Shown: positions 1-12,137, numbered from the stretch's first letter. The stretch: DNA of 34,859 bases from Octopus sinensis (GCF_006345805.1 NW_021828051.1:1-34859); one strand, 5' to 3'. The notes: generated from the letters alone by a model not told the origin. Made by a program: numbers and translations.

Positions 1-656
1 ATATACATAAATCCTCAATATTTTTCAAGACAGGAACTTTTTTTTCCGCGAGTTTGATCTGCAGCGCCCGACCATTTGGCGATGCAATAGAATGGTGACA
101 TGACAGAACTGAAATACGAGTTGATATTATTATTCCTACCGAATAAAATATCCAATATAACAAGGCGGATTTATACGACAAAAAATCAAACCAGATATGG
201 CTAATAGAGAAGCAGTTGAAGTTGAAAACACATAAATATGATTTTGTGGCAAGTGAATTTTAAATAATTTACAAATTAAAAATATTTCCGATTGTCATTA
301 CCTGGGATGCGATCGCCTTCAAGTATTATAAAATATACATGGATTGGCATTAAAGACAATATTGTGTAGTACATCCAAACAATTGCATTAAAGAAGACAT
401 TATAAAGTATGTTCGTAGAATATAGTTCGAACCGTAATTACTAAAGCATTGATTCTTAACAAAAATTAGACAGTGTGGAACACTCATCAAAATGGAAATA
501 ATTAAAAGATGAGAAAACATGAGGTGACAGAAAACGAATACTCTAAAGAAGGGCAAAATAATAACAAAAAGATCAAAAAAGTTGATGTCCATGTTCAGGG
601 AGGACCAGTAAATTAAAAATTCAACTAATCTAACTTTTAATTTTTTTGTTAAAAGT

Positions 657-797
657 CAACTCCTCACCGCCATTGGTAGAAAAATCTCCACAAAAACAAA
701 CGACCGGAGGGAGACGAGCTGGCTGTTCCAGCGAATCTCGGTTGCTGTGCTCCGCGGAAACTGCCACTCAATACGCAGCGCGGCATCGTTGAGCTGA
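657..797 (+). mobile_element. 3' end fragment of a CRE-like (restriction-like endonuclease) non-LTR retrotransposon
   Basis: Translates LLTAIGRKISTKTNDRRETSWLFQRISVAVLRGNCHSIRSAASLS*, near-identical in pattern to the C-terminus of ORF 24624-25085 (ETSWLFQRISFAILRGNCLSI). Confidence 0.8.
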
Positions 798-955
798 CCC
801 TCAGGGCCTCGACAATTCCCTTAGCCACCCAATTGCTTACTTTTTTCTTCGTTTTATAAATTTTAGAAAGTTAAATTTTTTTGTTTAAATAGAAAAAGTG
901 GTAATTTAAATTATACAAATCTAATAATTATATATTTAATTTATATTGCAAGAGT

Positions 956-1447
956 ATGTGGTTCACTGCCCCTCTAGTATATGCTATACTGTTAATGTAC
1001 AAAAAACACGTGAGTCCGTTCATTGAAAGAGTGGCGAAAAAAGTGATGCAAAGACGAGCAAAATACTGGCAAGTCACTGAGGAGTTGACTAAACTTCGTA
1101 AAAAATGTGAGTCCTTCAAACTGCCTCGTGATTTGGTGGAGCATTCCCTAACAAACAGACAAATCCACAAAACAAGAAAAGAAAAAGAAAATATAGGTTC
1201 GCCACTATAAAATTAATTATAGATAATATTATTAAAAATAAACTTAAAAAAATCAAATCCTTTTTTGTGTATTTTAACATCGTGTTAGAGGTGAGTTCCC
1301 AAAGTTTATTTGAAGGTGATTATTCCTCTAGTGCTGGTCAGTGAGTCACCTTCCTTGCACAAACTGTTCTGGCCTTTCTCAGGGTTCTGTGATTCGTTGG
1401 CTTGGCTCGGGATTTGCAGAGTTGCTATTTTTAATTTTTATATTTGA
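956..1447 (+). CDS. GET1: GET1/WRB-like tail-anchored protein insertase subunit, 146 aa, 3 exons (956-1196, 1223-1290, 1316-1447)
   Basis: Removing GT-AG introns of 26 nt (1197-1222) and 25 nt (1291-1315) gives an open frame: N-terminal TM, coiled coil (EELTKLRKKC...RDLVEHSLTNRQIHK), KIK plus TM2, and TM3 (LAWLGICRVAI). This matches WRB architecture as recalled. Confidence 0.7.
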
Positions 1448-1516
1448 ATATTTTTTTTGTTAATTAAAAATAAATTTTTTTAATTTGGTGTCTTGTGGAT
1501 ATACTTTGCTAGACTA

Positions 1517-1980
1517 ATGAAAGGAGACCAGAACAGTCTAAAGAAAAAAAATATTGACTTTTTTAAAGAATGTGAGAAAATAGGGGACTCTCTCCTCTCA
1601 TTAAAGTCTGAGGCAGTGGACGTGGACAAACAACGACACAGAAATCGTGAAGCAATTCGGTTACCCCATTAAGTATCATTCCAGTGCTTTAAAAGCACAG
1701 AAAACATGGATGTGGTTCAACAACATTTTTATCAAAACAGAAACAAAAGCAGCTGTGGACCGACTGTGGGGAGGTTGGTTTATTTGGTCTCCTCTCAGAC
1801 CAGACCTCGTTAGACCGAAGGATGTGCCACATTCGGAAAGAAATGAAAGGACATGTGGGCAGACTGAACGACCTTGGAATAGTCGATGACTGTCCGTTTT
1901 ATTCCGGGTTTGACCTCTCTCCTCTGTCCTCCTCTGATCTGAGACACGTCCATTTTAATTCACTGTTCGATTATACTTAG
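1517..1980 (+). CDS. PDRG1: PDRG1 prefoldin-like protein, 3 exons (1517-1659, 1685-1773, 1799-1980)
   Basis: Two 25-nt GT-AG introns (1660-1684, 1774-1798). The spliced protein contains VDVDKQRHRNREAIRAL, WFNNIFIK, DQTSLDRRM and GFDLSPL, matching recalled PDRG1 motifs (VDLDTKRNQNREGLRAL, FGNMFIK, DQDHLD, GFNLNPL). Confidence 0.85.
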
Positions 1981-2068
1981 TAGTAAATTTCTGTTTACAT
2001 TTCAACACGGCAGTTAAGCTATTCTATTACTTGGCTGGGTGACCGCCTGAGAACAGACAGTGTCTTGC
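1965..2068 (+). pseudogene. Degenerate 5S rRNA-like copy overlapping the PDRG1 stop codon and 3' UTR
   Basis: Aligns along its length with the reverse complement of 11065-11180 (ATACTTAGT..., AACACGGCAGTTAAGC, TACTTGGCTGGGTGACCGCCTGAGAAC). It has box A/box C-like segments and an internal deletion of about 9 nt. Confidence 0.7.
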
Positions 2069-2724
2069 TATTCATTGTTATAAAGTGTTTGTTGTGTGAC
2101 TAACAGGGGGATATTTCAATATAGAGAACAAGTTGTCGACATTGACAGTTGGAGGGGACTAAGGAGGTCACCCGGTCCACTTATACAAGTGTCGTTTATT
2201 TCAGTCGATACTGGCTGTAGTCTTTTTAAGTGGTTGAGCATTTCGAGGGAGTTGAGGGCGAGTAGAGTCCTCGGGGATGCATGAATGTTTTCAGACAGGC
2301 TTTCATGAATAATATTCCTTTTTACACATTCATTAGGTAAATATCAAATATTTAACTTTTGTTTTAATTCATTCGGAAAATATAGAAAATTGTGTTGCGG
2401 CTAATCCTAATTCTTCAGGAATATTTGCGAATAGAGATGGAGTGTCCGACCGTCCTCCAATACAATTCCTGGGAGAAATAATTTCTTTGGCTTTTCTCTT
2501 TCCATACGTGATCTCTCTGGGGTCAGCCGGAGTCCAAATATACGGCTCAATTGACCAGCATTTCTTTTTTGGATTTTAAAAAAGTTGACTCTTTGTGGTT
2601 TCGCTACTTTTTATACTCCCGTAACACTCAGACCAATGCTACAGTTATTAGATTCATAGAAGGCAATTTTAACGAGGCGGATCGACTTTTTAGAGATTCT
2701 GGGTTTGAAATCATCCGAGTTTGG

Positions 2725-3336
2725 TAGATAATAAAACAGAAATATGTAATCTCTTTGAAAATATTTTTTATATTATTGGTTCTCCAATTATTTTGCAAAC
2801 CGACAGTGGAAAAGAGTTTAACAGTTCATATATAGAACGAGTTATTTGATGAATTGAATAGACATTATTAAACAAATTACTTATGACTACAATAAGACGG
2901 TCCATGCAACCACAAAGCATAGTCTATTTAATATTTTTATGAATTTTGGAAGTGATTTTATACAAAATATAAAACAACTTGAAGGACTAATAATTTTTGA
3001 AGCAGAAGATGAAAACGCGGAAATTTGTTATCAAACAAAGTCGGATAATATTTCACCTGAAAATTTTGTTTGAAAAATATCACAAAAGCAGGAGAGAAAA
3101 TGAAAAGTAGAAGAAAATGGAGGTACGATAAAGAAAATATAAATATCGGGGATCATGTCATTATTAAACATGACATCGATGCTAATATGAACAATCAAAG
3201 GTTTTCCTTATCTGATAATGTCGATACAACAAAATATAGAATTATCGAAAAAAATAATTACAACTATTCTTTGGAAGATAAAAATGGAAATGTTCATAAG
3301 AATATTAACATTTCTAAAATAAAAAAGTTCACGTAA
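2725..3336 (+). mobile_element. Decayed retroviral-type integrase (rve) transposase remnant, Ginger/Gypsy-integrase-like
   Basis: Motifs SPIILQTDSGKEFNS and YNKTVHATTKHSLF, then a C-terminal ORF 3070-3336 (INIGDHVIIKH) paralogous to 16988-17302. Contains stops and frameshifts. Confidence 0.7.
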
Positions 3337-4624
3337 CTTTAAAATTCGCGGCCGTAGGCCGTATAGGGGATTAGTTGAATTTTTAAATCAAACCTTTTTG
3401 GGTTAGGAATGTTTTTATTGACCTGTCAAGCTGATAAGTCATCACCCTGGTCGCTAGTGTGGGTCATCACTGCAACATTTGTCATTAATTATTCATTTAG
3501 ATTAATAACGTCATTTTTTTCCTATTCTCTAATAACTGACTCGATCCATAACATTTCTGTTAGAAATGATTATATTTGAGTTGTCTCATTTAATTATCCA
3601 AGATTGCATGTCAGCTTGTATGTTCTAATAACGTTTGTTCTGTTTTATCACGTCTGTTCCGTTGGAGACTGCAGAATTGTTGAAGGAATCACTTATGAAC
3701 TCGATGAATTTGAAAAGGTTCTCCGAAAGACTCATTTTTAATCTGTTTCATTCTCTAAATTTTAGCTACAATTTCTTTAGTCTTAAAACAACCAAAATCG
3801 CACAAATAATATAACTGTTAAAATTAATTGAGAAATTAGTTACGAACCCACAAAAACAACAAACTGGCAATGGTATCTTGTTTCAGATTGAATAAAAAGA
3901 ACAGATGCGTCAAGTCTTTATAAAAAGCAGTTCTAATGACTAATTGAAATCACTGGTAGTCCAATCTGGTGAGTGGAATATGTGATGTACTACAACGACT
4001 GTGTGTCGGACGTAGTAAATGTGACTGAATTTGGCTTCTGCGACTTGAGGTGCAACATAACCCAGAAAATAGTTATTTCGGGTCCAGCGTCGATTGCCGG
4101 TGTGGTCATGTTGGGAGTGTCCGTGTACTGGAGTGCGACTATTTACGAGGCATTTACAGTAAACCAAATAACGGGTCCCAGAGATGCCTTACGTCGGTTT
4201 GACGCTCGGTTTGACATCGTTGTTGGTTTCCCTTGCATTCCTCTGCGCTCCTATCATACCGGCAAATCGACTTTGTCACAATGATCAGTATTGTGGAAAA
4301 AGTGGAGAAATCTGCTTTGTATTTAATGTTGGATTCGTTCCCCCCTGCTCTCGTATTTCCCACAATATCAATATATTTGGGTCGACTGTTGTTTAGTGGG
4401 ATGCATTCAGGCAGACTATTTTGGTTGGGTTATGAGTATTGATATCCGAGGGTGGACTTGCCTTTCTTGTAGCAAGGACTCTCATAAAGACGTATTATCG
4501 TCGTTTAATGCGCCTCAGACGGGACATGAGATTTATTGTTAATTATACAGAAATTTAATTTTTTGAGCAGATTTGTTTATTTATATCAAGCCTAATAATA
4601 TATCGTTTATGAGATAATCTATAC

Positions 4625-5210
4625 CAGAGGTTGTCAAACGGTGTGCCGCGAGACGATTTCTATACCATTTCCCATACTAAATGGGATTAATATCAAACTA
4701 AGTGGGATTAGCAAAAAAACTAAATGGGAAATACACAAGTAAAAAATCTCATCCTGAATTTATTTTTCAAATAAAATTGTTTATCATCCTCAAACTTGAA
4801 GAATTCATACGATTTTCTGAGTCTATATTTTTGCCTTTTAGGAATTTGACAATATGGGATTAATAGCAATTTGCATGGAAGTCTTGGCAAATGATGCTAT
4901 GGTTCCTAGCAAACTAAAAAGACATTTTACTTCCAAGCATCCGCACTATTTCGCAAAATCTGTGGATTATTTTATCCATTTGAAAAAACAATTTGGAAAA
5001 AAGTGATATTGATGATATATGTAACAACAATAATAATTAAGATTTGATTTTCAGTATTAATAAAAATTTGGGCATTAAATTACCAATTTTGTACTTAGTT
5101 TTACATATCTTAAAAATTTATTTTTTTTTATTTTTAATGTGTGCCGTGGATTATTTTTTTAAGATTAGTGTGCCGCGATAATTATTTTTAAAAAGCTTTG
5201 ATCTATACAC
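4625..5210 (+). mobile_element. Non-autonomous hAT (Buster/Charlie) remnant
   Basis: Starts CAGAGGTTGTCAAAC, has repeated subterminal GTGTGCCG(C/T)G at both ends, and carries an internal BED zinc-finger fragment CMEVLANDAMVPSKLKRHFTSKHP. The right TIR is degenerate. Confidence 0.7.
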
Positions 5211-6470
5211 TAAGAGGGAAAAGAGCGCTCCTTTTGTGGAGATCTATCTCAGAAATAAGAAAATGTTCACCTTTGTTTGGCCAATATTTGAAAGTTTAGA
5301 TTAACTCAGAATAAAGTGAATAACAAGTGTTACAAAATTTGAATCGTAAATTTGATTTCTATTCTTATTAAAGATGAACAAATTTTGTGGTTTGTTTTTT
5401 GTTTTTATGAACATTCTGGTCTTGACTAAGATTGTTCTCAATGAGTTTTTTGACAATTTTTAATTTACGACACAACTAAACAACTTGATTGTGTCTTCAC
5501 ACTTTCCTGGTTATTTTCCGTATCCTCAGTTGTCTCAGAGTTGTCTAAGATATTAAATGTAGGCGAATTAAAATATATGATACAATTCCTCAAATTAAAT
5601 GGTTTACTAGTGCATTGTAAAGAAGAACTTTCTTTTTCACGTCAAGTTTTCATTGGTTAGAATTATTATATTTGGAATTCCTATCTATACTTTTTCATCA
5701 ATTTTGACCGAATTAAAAATTCTCGAATAAACTTCAAACCTGTAGCGTATTCTATTCAACTCTGATTTTAAAGCACATTTTCGAGGATATCTCATTAATC
5801 GTAAGCCCCACGAACGCCGATACTTTACAGTCACCACTTTCTTTGCAGAGAATTACAGCGAAAAAATTAAAAAATTTTTTTTCGATAATGTCTGCACACG
5901 TGTCGTCCGAAACTAGCAACTTCAAACTCAAGACGGGAAAACTAATAATTCCACCACTGTGTTTCCTAGCGTACCTAAGAAGTTTAACTACATGTCTGAA
6001 AATTGAAATTACAACGATTTCTAAAGATTTATTGTTCCCCTAAACTTATGTATTTTAAGAAAGCAAAATTCCATTATCCGAGAAATGGAATAAGTTTCCG
6101 AAAAAGCCGTATGAGAGCAAAACTTAAATTATTGACAATAAAAGTCTGGACTATACGGACGTCAAAGAGACAGCTAAAAATGGTCCAAATAGATCTTCCT
6201 GCAGAATTATTAATTGGCACGTATATTCGAGACGGTGCTTTGAAGTTTTGATTTACAAATTTGAATGTGCGTAGCTTTTATAATTATAATAGATTCAAAT
6301 TAAATGAAAAATTGATTTGAATTTAAATTGGAGACCAAAATATAAATCAATTTCTATCAAAGACAATATGAGGCACATTTACAATTCGATTAATATAAAA
6401 GTCCAAAAATAATTAAAAAATAATTTGCTGTCCATTAAACTGTAAAAGATGATACAACTTAATCATATAG

Positions 6471-7190
6471 TCAGGAAATGCTGTCATTCCTCCTGCTAGT
6501 TCTCTGCCTTCTGTTAGAAAACCAATTGCGTATTGTGTCTTCTGTCTTGTCAAGATGAGTGGCCGTCATTTGAATGATATGTCTGTCAGGCCTTCTTGTA
6601 GTTTGAAAAATTAGTTCCAAATATGCTATATCATTCTCCATGAATGTTGTACGCCTTTTCCGATTCCTAAAACGCCTTGGATAGTGTTTGTCAGGGAGAC
6701 GGGAAAAGTCTTCACTGCGGACGGGATTGGCCGAATTGAGTATTTGTCGGTCGAGGATTTCTGCCAGACTGACCAGACTCGAATAGCCAAGTTTGCAGGA
6801 CTCGAATCTGCATATTGTAGTTTGTGATATTGTATTTCCGCCCTCATTTAATATTTCTGAAACTGTTTTTTGAGTTAATCCCATTTCCGTTCGTCGTATT
6901 CTAAAATCTCGACAAAAATTAGATATTAAAACATAACGCGACGACAATTCCGACGGAAAGTGATACTCCCGTCCTGTCTCAGGGATCTGTTGTCTAATAA
7001 AATGACATACATTTCCCCCCGTCTGATTCATCTGGAAGTATTGATCTGATCTTGACACATCACCTCTGTTGGGGATATTTGTGAAGGAAGAAAGATATCT
7101 CTGATTTGTATATAAATTGGAATTCCCTACAGAAGAGACATTTAGTGAATTATTAGGCAAGTTGTGGTTATAATGAGGGTTGTTGGCCAT
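6471..7190 (-). CDS. Divergent POU-domain homeobox transcription factor, 239 aa, no introns apparent
   Basis: POU-specific domain (FRIRRTEMGLTQKTV...SQTTICRFE) followed by a homeodomain (RKRRTTF...RNWFSNRRQR). Confidence 0.93.
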   Translation of the reverse strand: MANNPHYNHNLPNNSLNVSSVGNSNLYTNQRYLSSFTNIPNRGDVSRSDQYFQMNQTGGNVCHFIRQQIPETGREYHFPSELSSRYVLISNFCRDFRIRRTEMGLTQKTVSEILNEGGNTISQTTICRFESCKLGYSSLVSLAEILDRQILNSANPVRSEDFSRLPDKHYPRRFRNRKRRTTFMENDIAYLELIFQTTRRPDRHIIQMTATHLDKTEDTIRNWFSNRRQRTSRRNDSIS

Positions 7191-7318
7191 TGCCTGTCAA
7201 TTTGCAATGACTGGGGGAATTATACGCATTCGTCAATTTATACACATTTGTCCACTAATTTAATAACACGTTAATTCTAATCAGGAATACTGCTTTGATG
7301 TTAGCACAAATTAAGTGG

Positions 7319-9671
7319 TTAGTGAACTGCCTTCTCATTCTGGCGATGAGCTCGGACACAGCGAGACATGACAGGTGAATTGCGACTGATGGAATCGGTC
7401 ATGAAATAGTCACTCAATTTATTCAATCGACACTCAGGCAGTCTCCCCTCCACCCTTCTCTACAACTCACCAACACACCTCACAGTCTCACACATCTGCG
7501 ACACTATCGAATGGAAAGACGTGGTCATTGGACGACACTCCATCTGGCCTATCCCCGGACATAACTCGCCTATTCGCTGCCGGACTCCCCCCAATGTCTC
7601 ATAGGGCAGGTCCACACCCATCACCTCTGCCAGTGCCCGTACCACCAAAAAGTCCTCCCTCGCCTCTCCTGGAGCACTCACCCCCGGCCGACACTCCTGG
7701 TAACGCCCCTCCATGTTCACATACGTCCCCCTCTTCTCTGTATACGCTACACCAGGCAGAATGACGTCAGCAATCTCCGCTCCTCTGTCGCCATGGCAAC
7801 CTCACAATATATAAAGCAATCCAACCGAGGTACACAACCATACAATCATCAGGCAGCCCATCTCGTGTGGTGATGACGTCATCAGCCCCAGAGAGAAAGA
7901 GCAGGCGAAGATTGCCTCGATCAACAAAGTGATTGAACCCTCGATAGCCCAAGTCGAGTGCCCCAACCTGACTGGCCCTCTGCAAATAAGGAGAGGAATG
8001 CCTGCCTGGTGGACAAGGTTGAAAGCACAGGAATGACTGGAGGAGAGAGAGGCCAGTTTAAGTGAGAGAGAATACAAATCACGTGCAGTATTCTGGTCAT
8101 GTTGGAGAAGAGAAGAACCAAGCAAGACGACAGGCATTCGGGCATTGCGAAACCTGTGAGAAAAGGGGTGGTTTCCTGAGGCAATGTGGTGGAGAATAGT
8201 AATGGAATCCCCCAAATACTGCAATGACAGACCACCCAACCTCATACTCATAGTTCAAGTCCACCCTCGACCCCACCACGGCCACATGCGAATCCCCAGT
8301 CCTCCAACTTGTGCCATTAACAGTCAAAACAACCCCTTGCGGATACGACAGTTGAGGAGAGGGGCCTCCAGACGGGGATTGAAGCCCACAATGAGCACCA
8401 AGTCTGCCCTCTCGACTCCCTCTATGCCCACATTGAGGACATAACTCTCCCGGAAGTCAGCACTGCAGGGCAAACACTCTTCCGTGTACAAATTGTCACA
8501 GTCCAGTCGATTAAAGAGGTCTTTGAGGACAGCGAGTGTCTCCAAATCAGTAAATCTGCCGGCCAAAACAGCCATTTGGTGAGGGGGTGATTGAGTGGCC
8601 TGAAATGTGTGGAATGGGCACCCTGAGTGAGATGAGTTGGAGGACGTGAGGCCAGTGGGAGGGGCAGTGGGCTGTCATAGGAGTGACCAGTCGTTGGTGG
8701 TGGAGTGCGTCGTGGGCAAAACGAGCCTTGTCGTCCAACCACTCCTCGTTGATCTCCTCATTGAGTCTGGGGAGGATTCTGTGGACGACATGAGAGCGAG
8801 TATAGAGGAGAATATGAGAGCCGACAGCGTCCATAACGTCGATGGTCTCCACCCGTCTGGTGTAGTGGTGTGACATACCTCAACTCCCAGGGACGAGCAC
8901 GGAATGAGTGGGGGAGGGAGGTGAGTGCCCCCACTGGACATATGTCGATCAGGTTCCCCGATAGCTCGGAGGACAGGAGGGTGTGGACATACGTGCCTAT
9001 CTCCATGTCCCCACCTCGCCCTGTCGTCCCCAAGTCCTCCATTCCCCCTATTTCACTTGCAAATCTATTCATTAGCTAATTCTGTGACCGAACACATCTC
9101 GTGCAGTGAATACACCGAGTCATCACTGTCTTGACCAGAGGACTTATCTCCTTGTCCTCCACAGCCCTCTCATATCACCACACACTCACCTCTTTCTCTC
9201 ACTCATTCTACTTCTGTCACACCCGTACCCCATCGACTGGTCTTGCAGGTCACATTCCCCCGCCTGGTCACATATTGGACAGTCCAATGGGTGGTTCGCC
9301 AGGATAAACTCCATCACCCCCTCTCTTCCTTTATTTACACTTTCTACCTCGCTTCTTTCGTCTTGGAAGAATTCGTCAGCACACGCATTCCCTCACTCGC
9401 AGGCATGGCACACGACGCCACTGGTTTGGCACTCTTTTCTACTTCCACCAGGCACATTCGGCAGTTCCCCGCTATCGACAGGCGCTCGTGGTAACAGAAG
9501 CGGGGGATGTCCACGCCTGCCGCTGTGCACGCCTGCAGGATTGTGCTTCCCTGGGGGACTTTTACTGCTCTCTCGTTTATGAACAGTTCGATTTGAGAGG
9601 GCAATGTTGAGTATTCTAGTTTTAATACTTTTTCATTCACTTTTTCGCAAATGTCGTAATAAGCTTCGCAT
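7319..9671 (-). CDS. NDUFS1: NADH:ubiquinone oxidoreductase 75 kDa subunit, about 696 aa, 12 exons and 11 introns of 22-26 nt
   Basis: Start [14 protein letters not shown] is targeting-peptide-like. Motifs [54 protein letters not shown] and [10 protein letters not shown] are present. Introns: 9640-9616, 9347-9325, 9189-9167, 9088-9065, 8878-8857, 8621-8600, 8333-8308, 8240-8219, 8005-7980 (GC-AG), 7825-7801, 7483-7460. The spliced length, 2091 nt, is divisible by 3. Confidence 0.97.
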
Positions 9672-10559
9672 ACACCACAACACCAGCAATAGTTAAGAGA
9701 GTTGAAAAAATTAATGTCGTCAAAATTAATTTAAAATATTATTTAAAGCTGTAAATAACTAATAAATTATCTCGATATTTCGGACAGGTGTTTAAATTTA
9801 AAATCGTCACAATAGCTATTTTCCCTAAAAATTATTTAATTGAAATCAAAGTTAAATAAATGTCACAAGTAAACCTTGGCTTTGTTAGTTTTATTATTTG
9901 CGGTTGTATACTTCAAAGAATGGCTGCATGGAAAGTCACTAAAATTCTTCAAAAACATTCTAGAAAAATATATATTGATACAAATAAAGCAATCACATTT
10001 TAAGTAAGTTTCAACCTTAAAAATATAATAATTTAATAAAAAACATCAATTTCAAAAATCAAGTCAAAACAACAAATTAAACATATTTAAGCGAAACCAA
10101 CAAAAGAGTTTAAAAAACCAAAAAACTAAGAAAAGCTATTTTTTAAGTAGCTGGAGGATCGTCTAAAATATAATTTTATTTTTGTCCAAAAAACCGTTTT
10201 TACCATCTTTTTTGTAACCTTTTGATCTCCATTGCATCATTCTTGATCTTTTTCTTGGTTTCGAAGTGCAATTGGGCAATTGAATTTTTTATTTCTCGAT
10301 GTCCTCAATGTCCAATCACGTTTTTTGATTTTTTCAAATCCACGTATCGAGGGGGATCGGGATAAGCTTTTGTGCGGACCTGGTTCTCCCCTTTCTTCTT
10401 TTTTCCAATTCAGCCTCCATGAATTCTGTTAGAGATTTCGCAACGTGGCAAACCTCCGATCATTTTTATTAAATTTTTTGTGACTTTTTTGTTATAGTAT
10501 TTACGTGCTAAACCGGATTAGGTGGGGTGTTTGAATGAAAAGTAGCAGATTTGTGGGTT

Positions 10560-10770
10560 TTTGGCTTTTCATACATCAAACTATTCATGTACAGAAAGTC
10601 TTGCAGATTTTGAAGCTGTTTGATCTGTAGTCAATCGAGGTGATAAATTCAGTCCACTTGTAATCTGCGTGCAGATTATTGACAGCGGTGATTTGTTTTA
10701 TGCTCCTCAGTTCGATATAGGAGTTGACAGAGTCCCCCGTTATCCGTTTTAGCTTGTGGCGAATTTTAAT
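10560..10770 (-). mobile_element. Possible LINE ORF2 fragment (endonuclease-RT linker)
   Basis: Reads ...LHADYKWTEFITSIDYRSNSFKICKTF, resembling the W..F...L....S..W pattern upstream of non-LTR RT domains. Weak. Confidence 0.3.
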
Positions 10771-11062
10771 GAAAGAATTATTTTGTAGCTGTAACTTGGG
10801 TGAAACTTTTTAATTGTTCTTTGAGGGATAAAATTTTTTAAATTGAAAATAAAAGCATTAAGGTAATCATTCGAAGAATTAGAGCAAGGCGGTATTCGTT
10901 CAAAAAAGCTCTTTTGTAGTTAAAGTAAAAGTGGCGTTGTTGGTCACTGTTAGATTTCAGAAAATTCTTAATCCGGTTTAAAAAAGGGTATCTTTTGTAG
11001 TTAATTCGACAAAAAGGTACCATTTGCCACCATAAGAAAATAATTAACATAGACAAATAAAA

Positions 11063-11181
11063 TTGTACGATACTGTTTGTTCCCATGCGGTGACCCAGCC
11101 AAGTACTTGAACAACCTGTAATCGCTTAACTGCCGTGTTCAGATGGAAGGGTATTACCTACCACTAAGTATGATCGTACGT
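11063..11181 (-). rRNA. 5S rRNA gene, divergent solitary copy or young pseudogene
   Basis: About 118 nt with a terminal helix GTACGAT/ATCGTAC, CATAC after helix I, box A-like CAGTTAAGC, box C-like AGTACTTGGCTGGGTCACCGCATGGGAA, and an AATTTTATTT T-run immediately downstream. Confidence 0.75.
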
Positions 11182-12137
11182 TTTTTATGTTTTTGGAATC
11201 TAATTTAGTTATATTTACTTTCTTTATTTTTAGACTATCGAAAACCACCACTAAAATTTTCAACGAAAATTCTTTTTGTTAAGTACTGCAACAAAGTCAT
11301 AAATAGGCAATAATATAAATTATATATCGTTTTCCATTATTAAAATTTTTTAGTTCCTAAATACTTTACTTTTCAACAGTTTCTAAAACTTAAAAATATC
11401 ACGATTAGAGGTATAAGGTGAACCATCTCAAATTGGCCAAACAAATCGACCCTTCATAATTTACTTTTATATTAGGAGAATTTCGCGTTTATTACAAGAC
11501 CTGTCAGAGTCCTTAACCTTGTGATGATGACGAGTTTTACTTTTTATTAAATGCGGTCGTGTCTGATGGCAATGATAAAGTTGATTTGTTAAGCCATTTA
11601 CTAGTGTGCCTATTCGCTATTTGTGACTCTTTACATGACATGGGTCCAGAATCCAGTCTCATTGGTCTTGCTCTGCTTTCTTACAAGGAATTAATAACAC
11701 GTTTTATTCATTGTGGAGTCCATGTTTGTCTCCTGACTGTTATTTAGTGCTATCGTGGAAGTGATTTGAAGTTTTTTTAGACGTCGACAAACTTGTCCAA
11801 TTATTCGAATTGCCTGTGTTTGTATTTAAGGAGTATGTGGACTGTAATTCGTGTAGACCTTAGGCTTAAATTGGTCAAGTCTTGTAGAATTGGGTCTCCT
11901 TTGAAATGTCTCTACGGTTTTTTGATGCCACAGACAAAATCTTTTGATACTCTTTACAGGCGATTGCAGTGTGTTCCACAGAATATGTCATCAGATGTTC
12001 CTGGTAGCGTTGATTCTGTAGAAATTGACTTTGACCAGCTAAAAAACATTTTCTATTTTCTAAAGATTAACGGACTTTAGTATTATTTTTGTGGAGAGTT
12101 TATTTTTCATAGAAATAGTTCTGCTTCTCATTTAAAA

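Noticed and set aside
1-620. Coding-like A-rich sequence at the window start
   Set aside because: Stops occur in all frames and no motif is recognisable.
2100-2310. Minus-strand frame resembling a Penelope GIY-YIG C-terminus (TLLALNSLEMLNHL)
   Set aside because: Too short, and no GIY/YIG or RT motifs are nearby.
3973-4284. ORF with FDIVVGFPC, recalling a C5-methyltransferase motif IV or a retropepsin C-terminal motif
   Set aside because: No other motifs of either family are present and the surrounding frames are broken.
3420-4500. Possible decayed Cys-rich single-pass membrane protein on the minus strand
   Set aside because: It looks coding-like, but I could not establish a domain or a consistent frame.
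5780-6000. Possible THAP-domain remnant (INRK...VC...PSVP)
   Set aside because: The C2CH ligands are not identifiable.
7195-7210. Octamer-like TTGCAAAT just upstream of the POU gene (possible autoregulation)
   Set aside because: It has one mismatch to ATGCAAAT in AT-rich DNA, which is expected by chance.
7528-9582. Several plus-strand ORFs and alternative-frame minus-strand ORFs
   Set aside because: These are shadows of the GC-rich NDUFS1 exons. The same applies to ORFs overlapping UAP1, MRPL38 and the RhoGAP.
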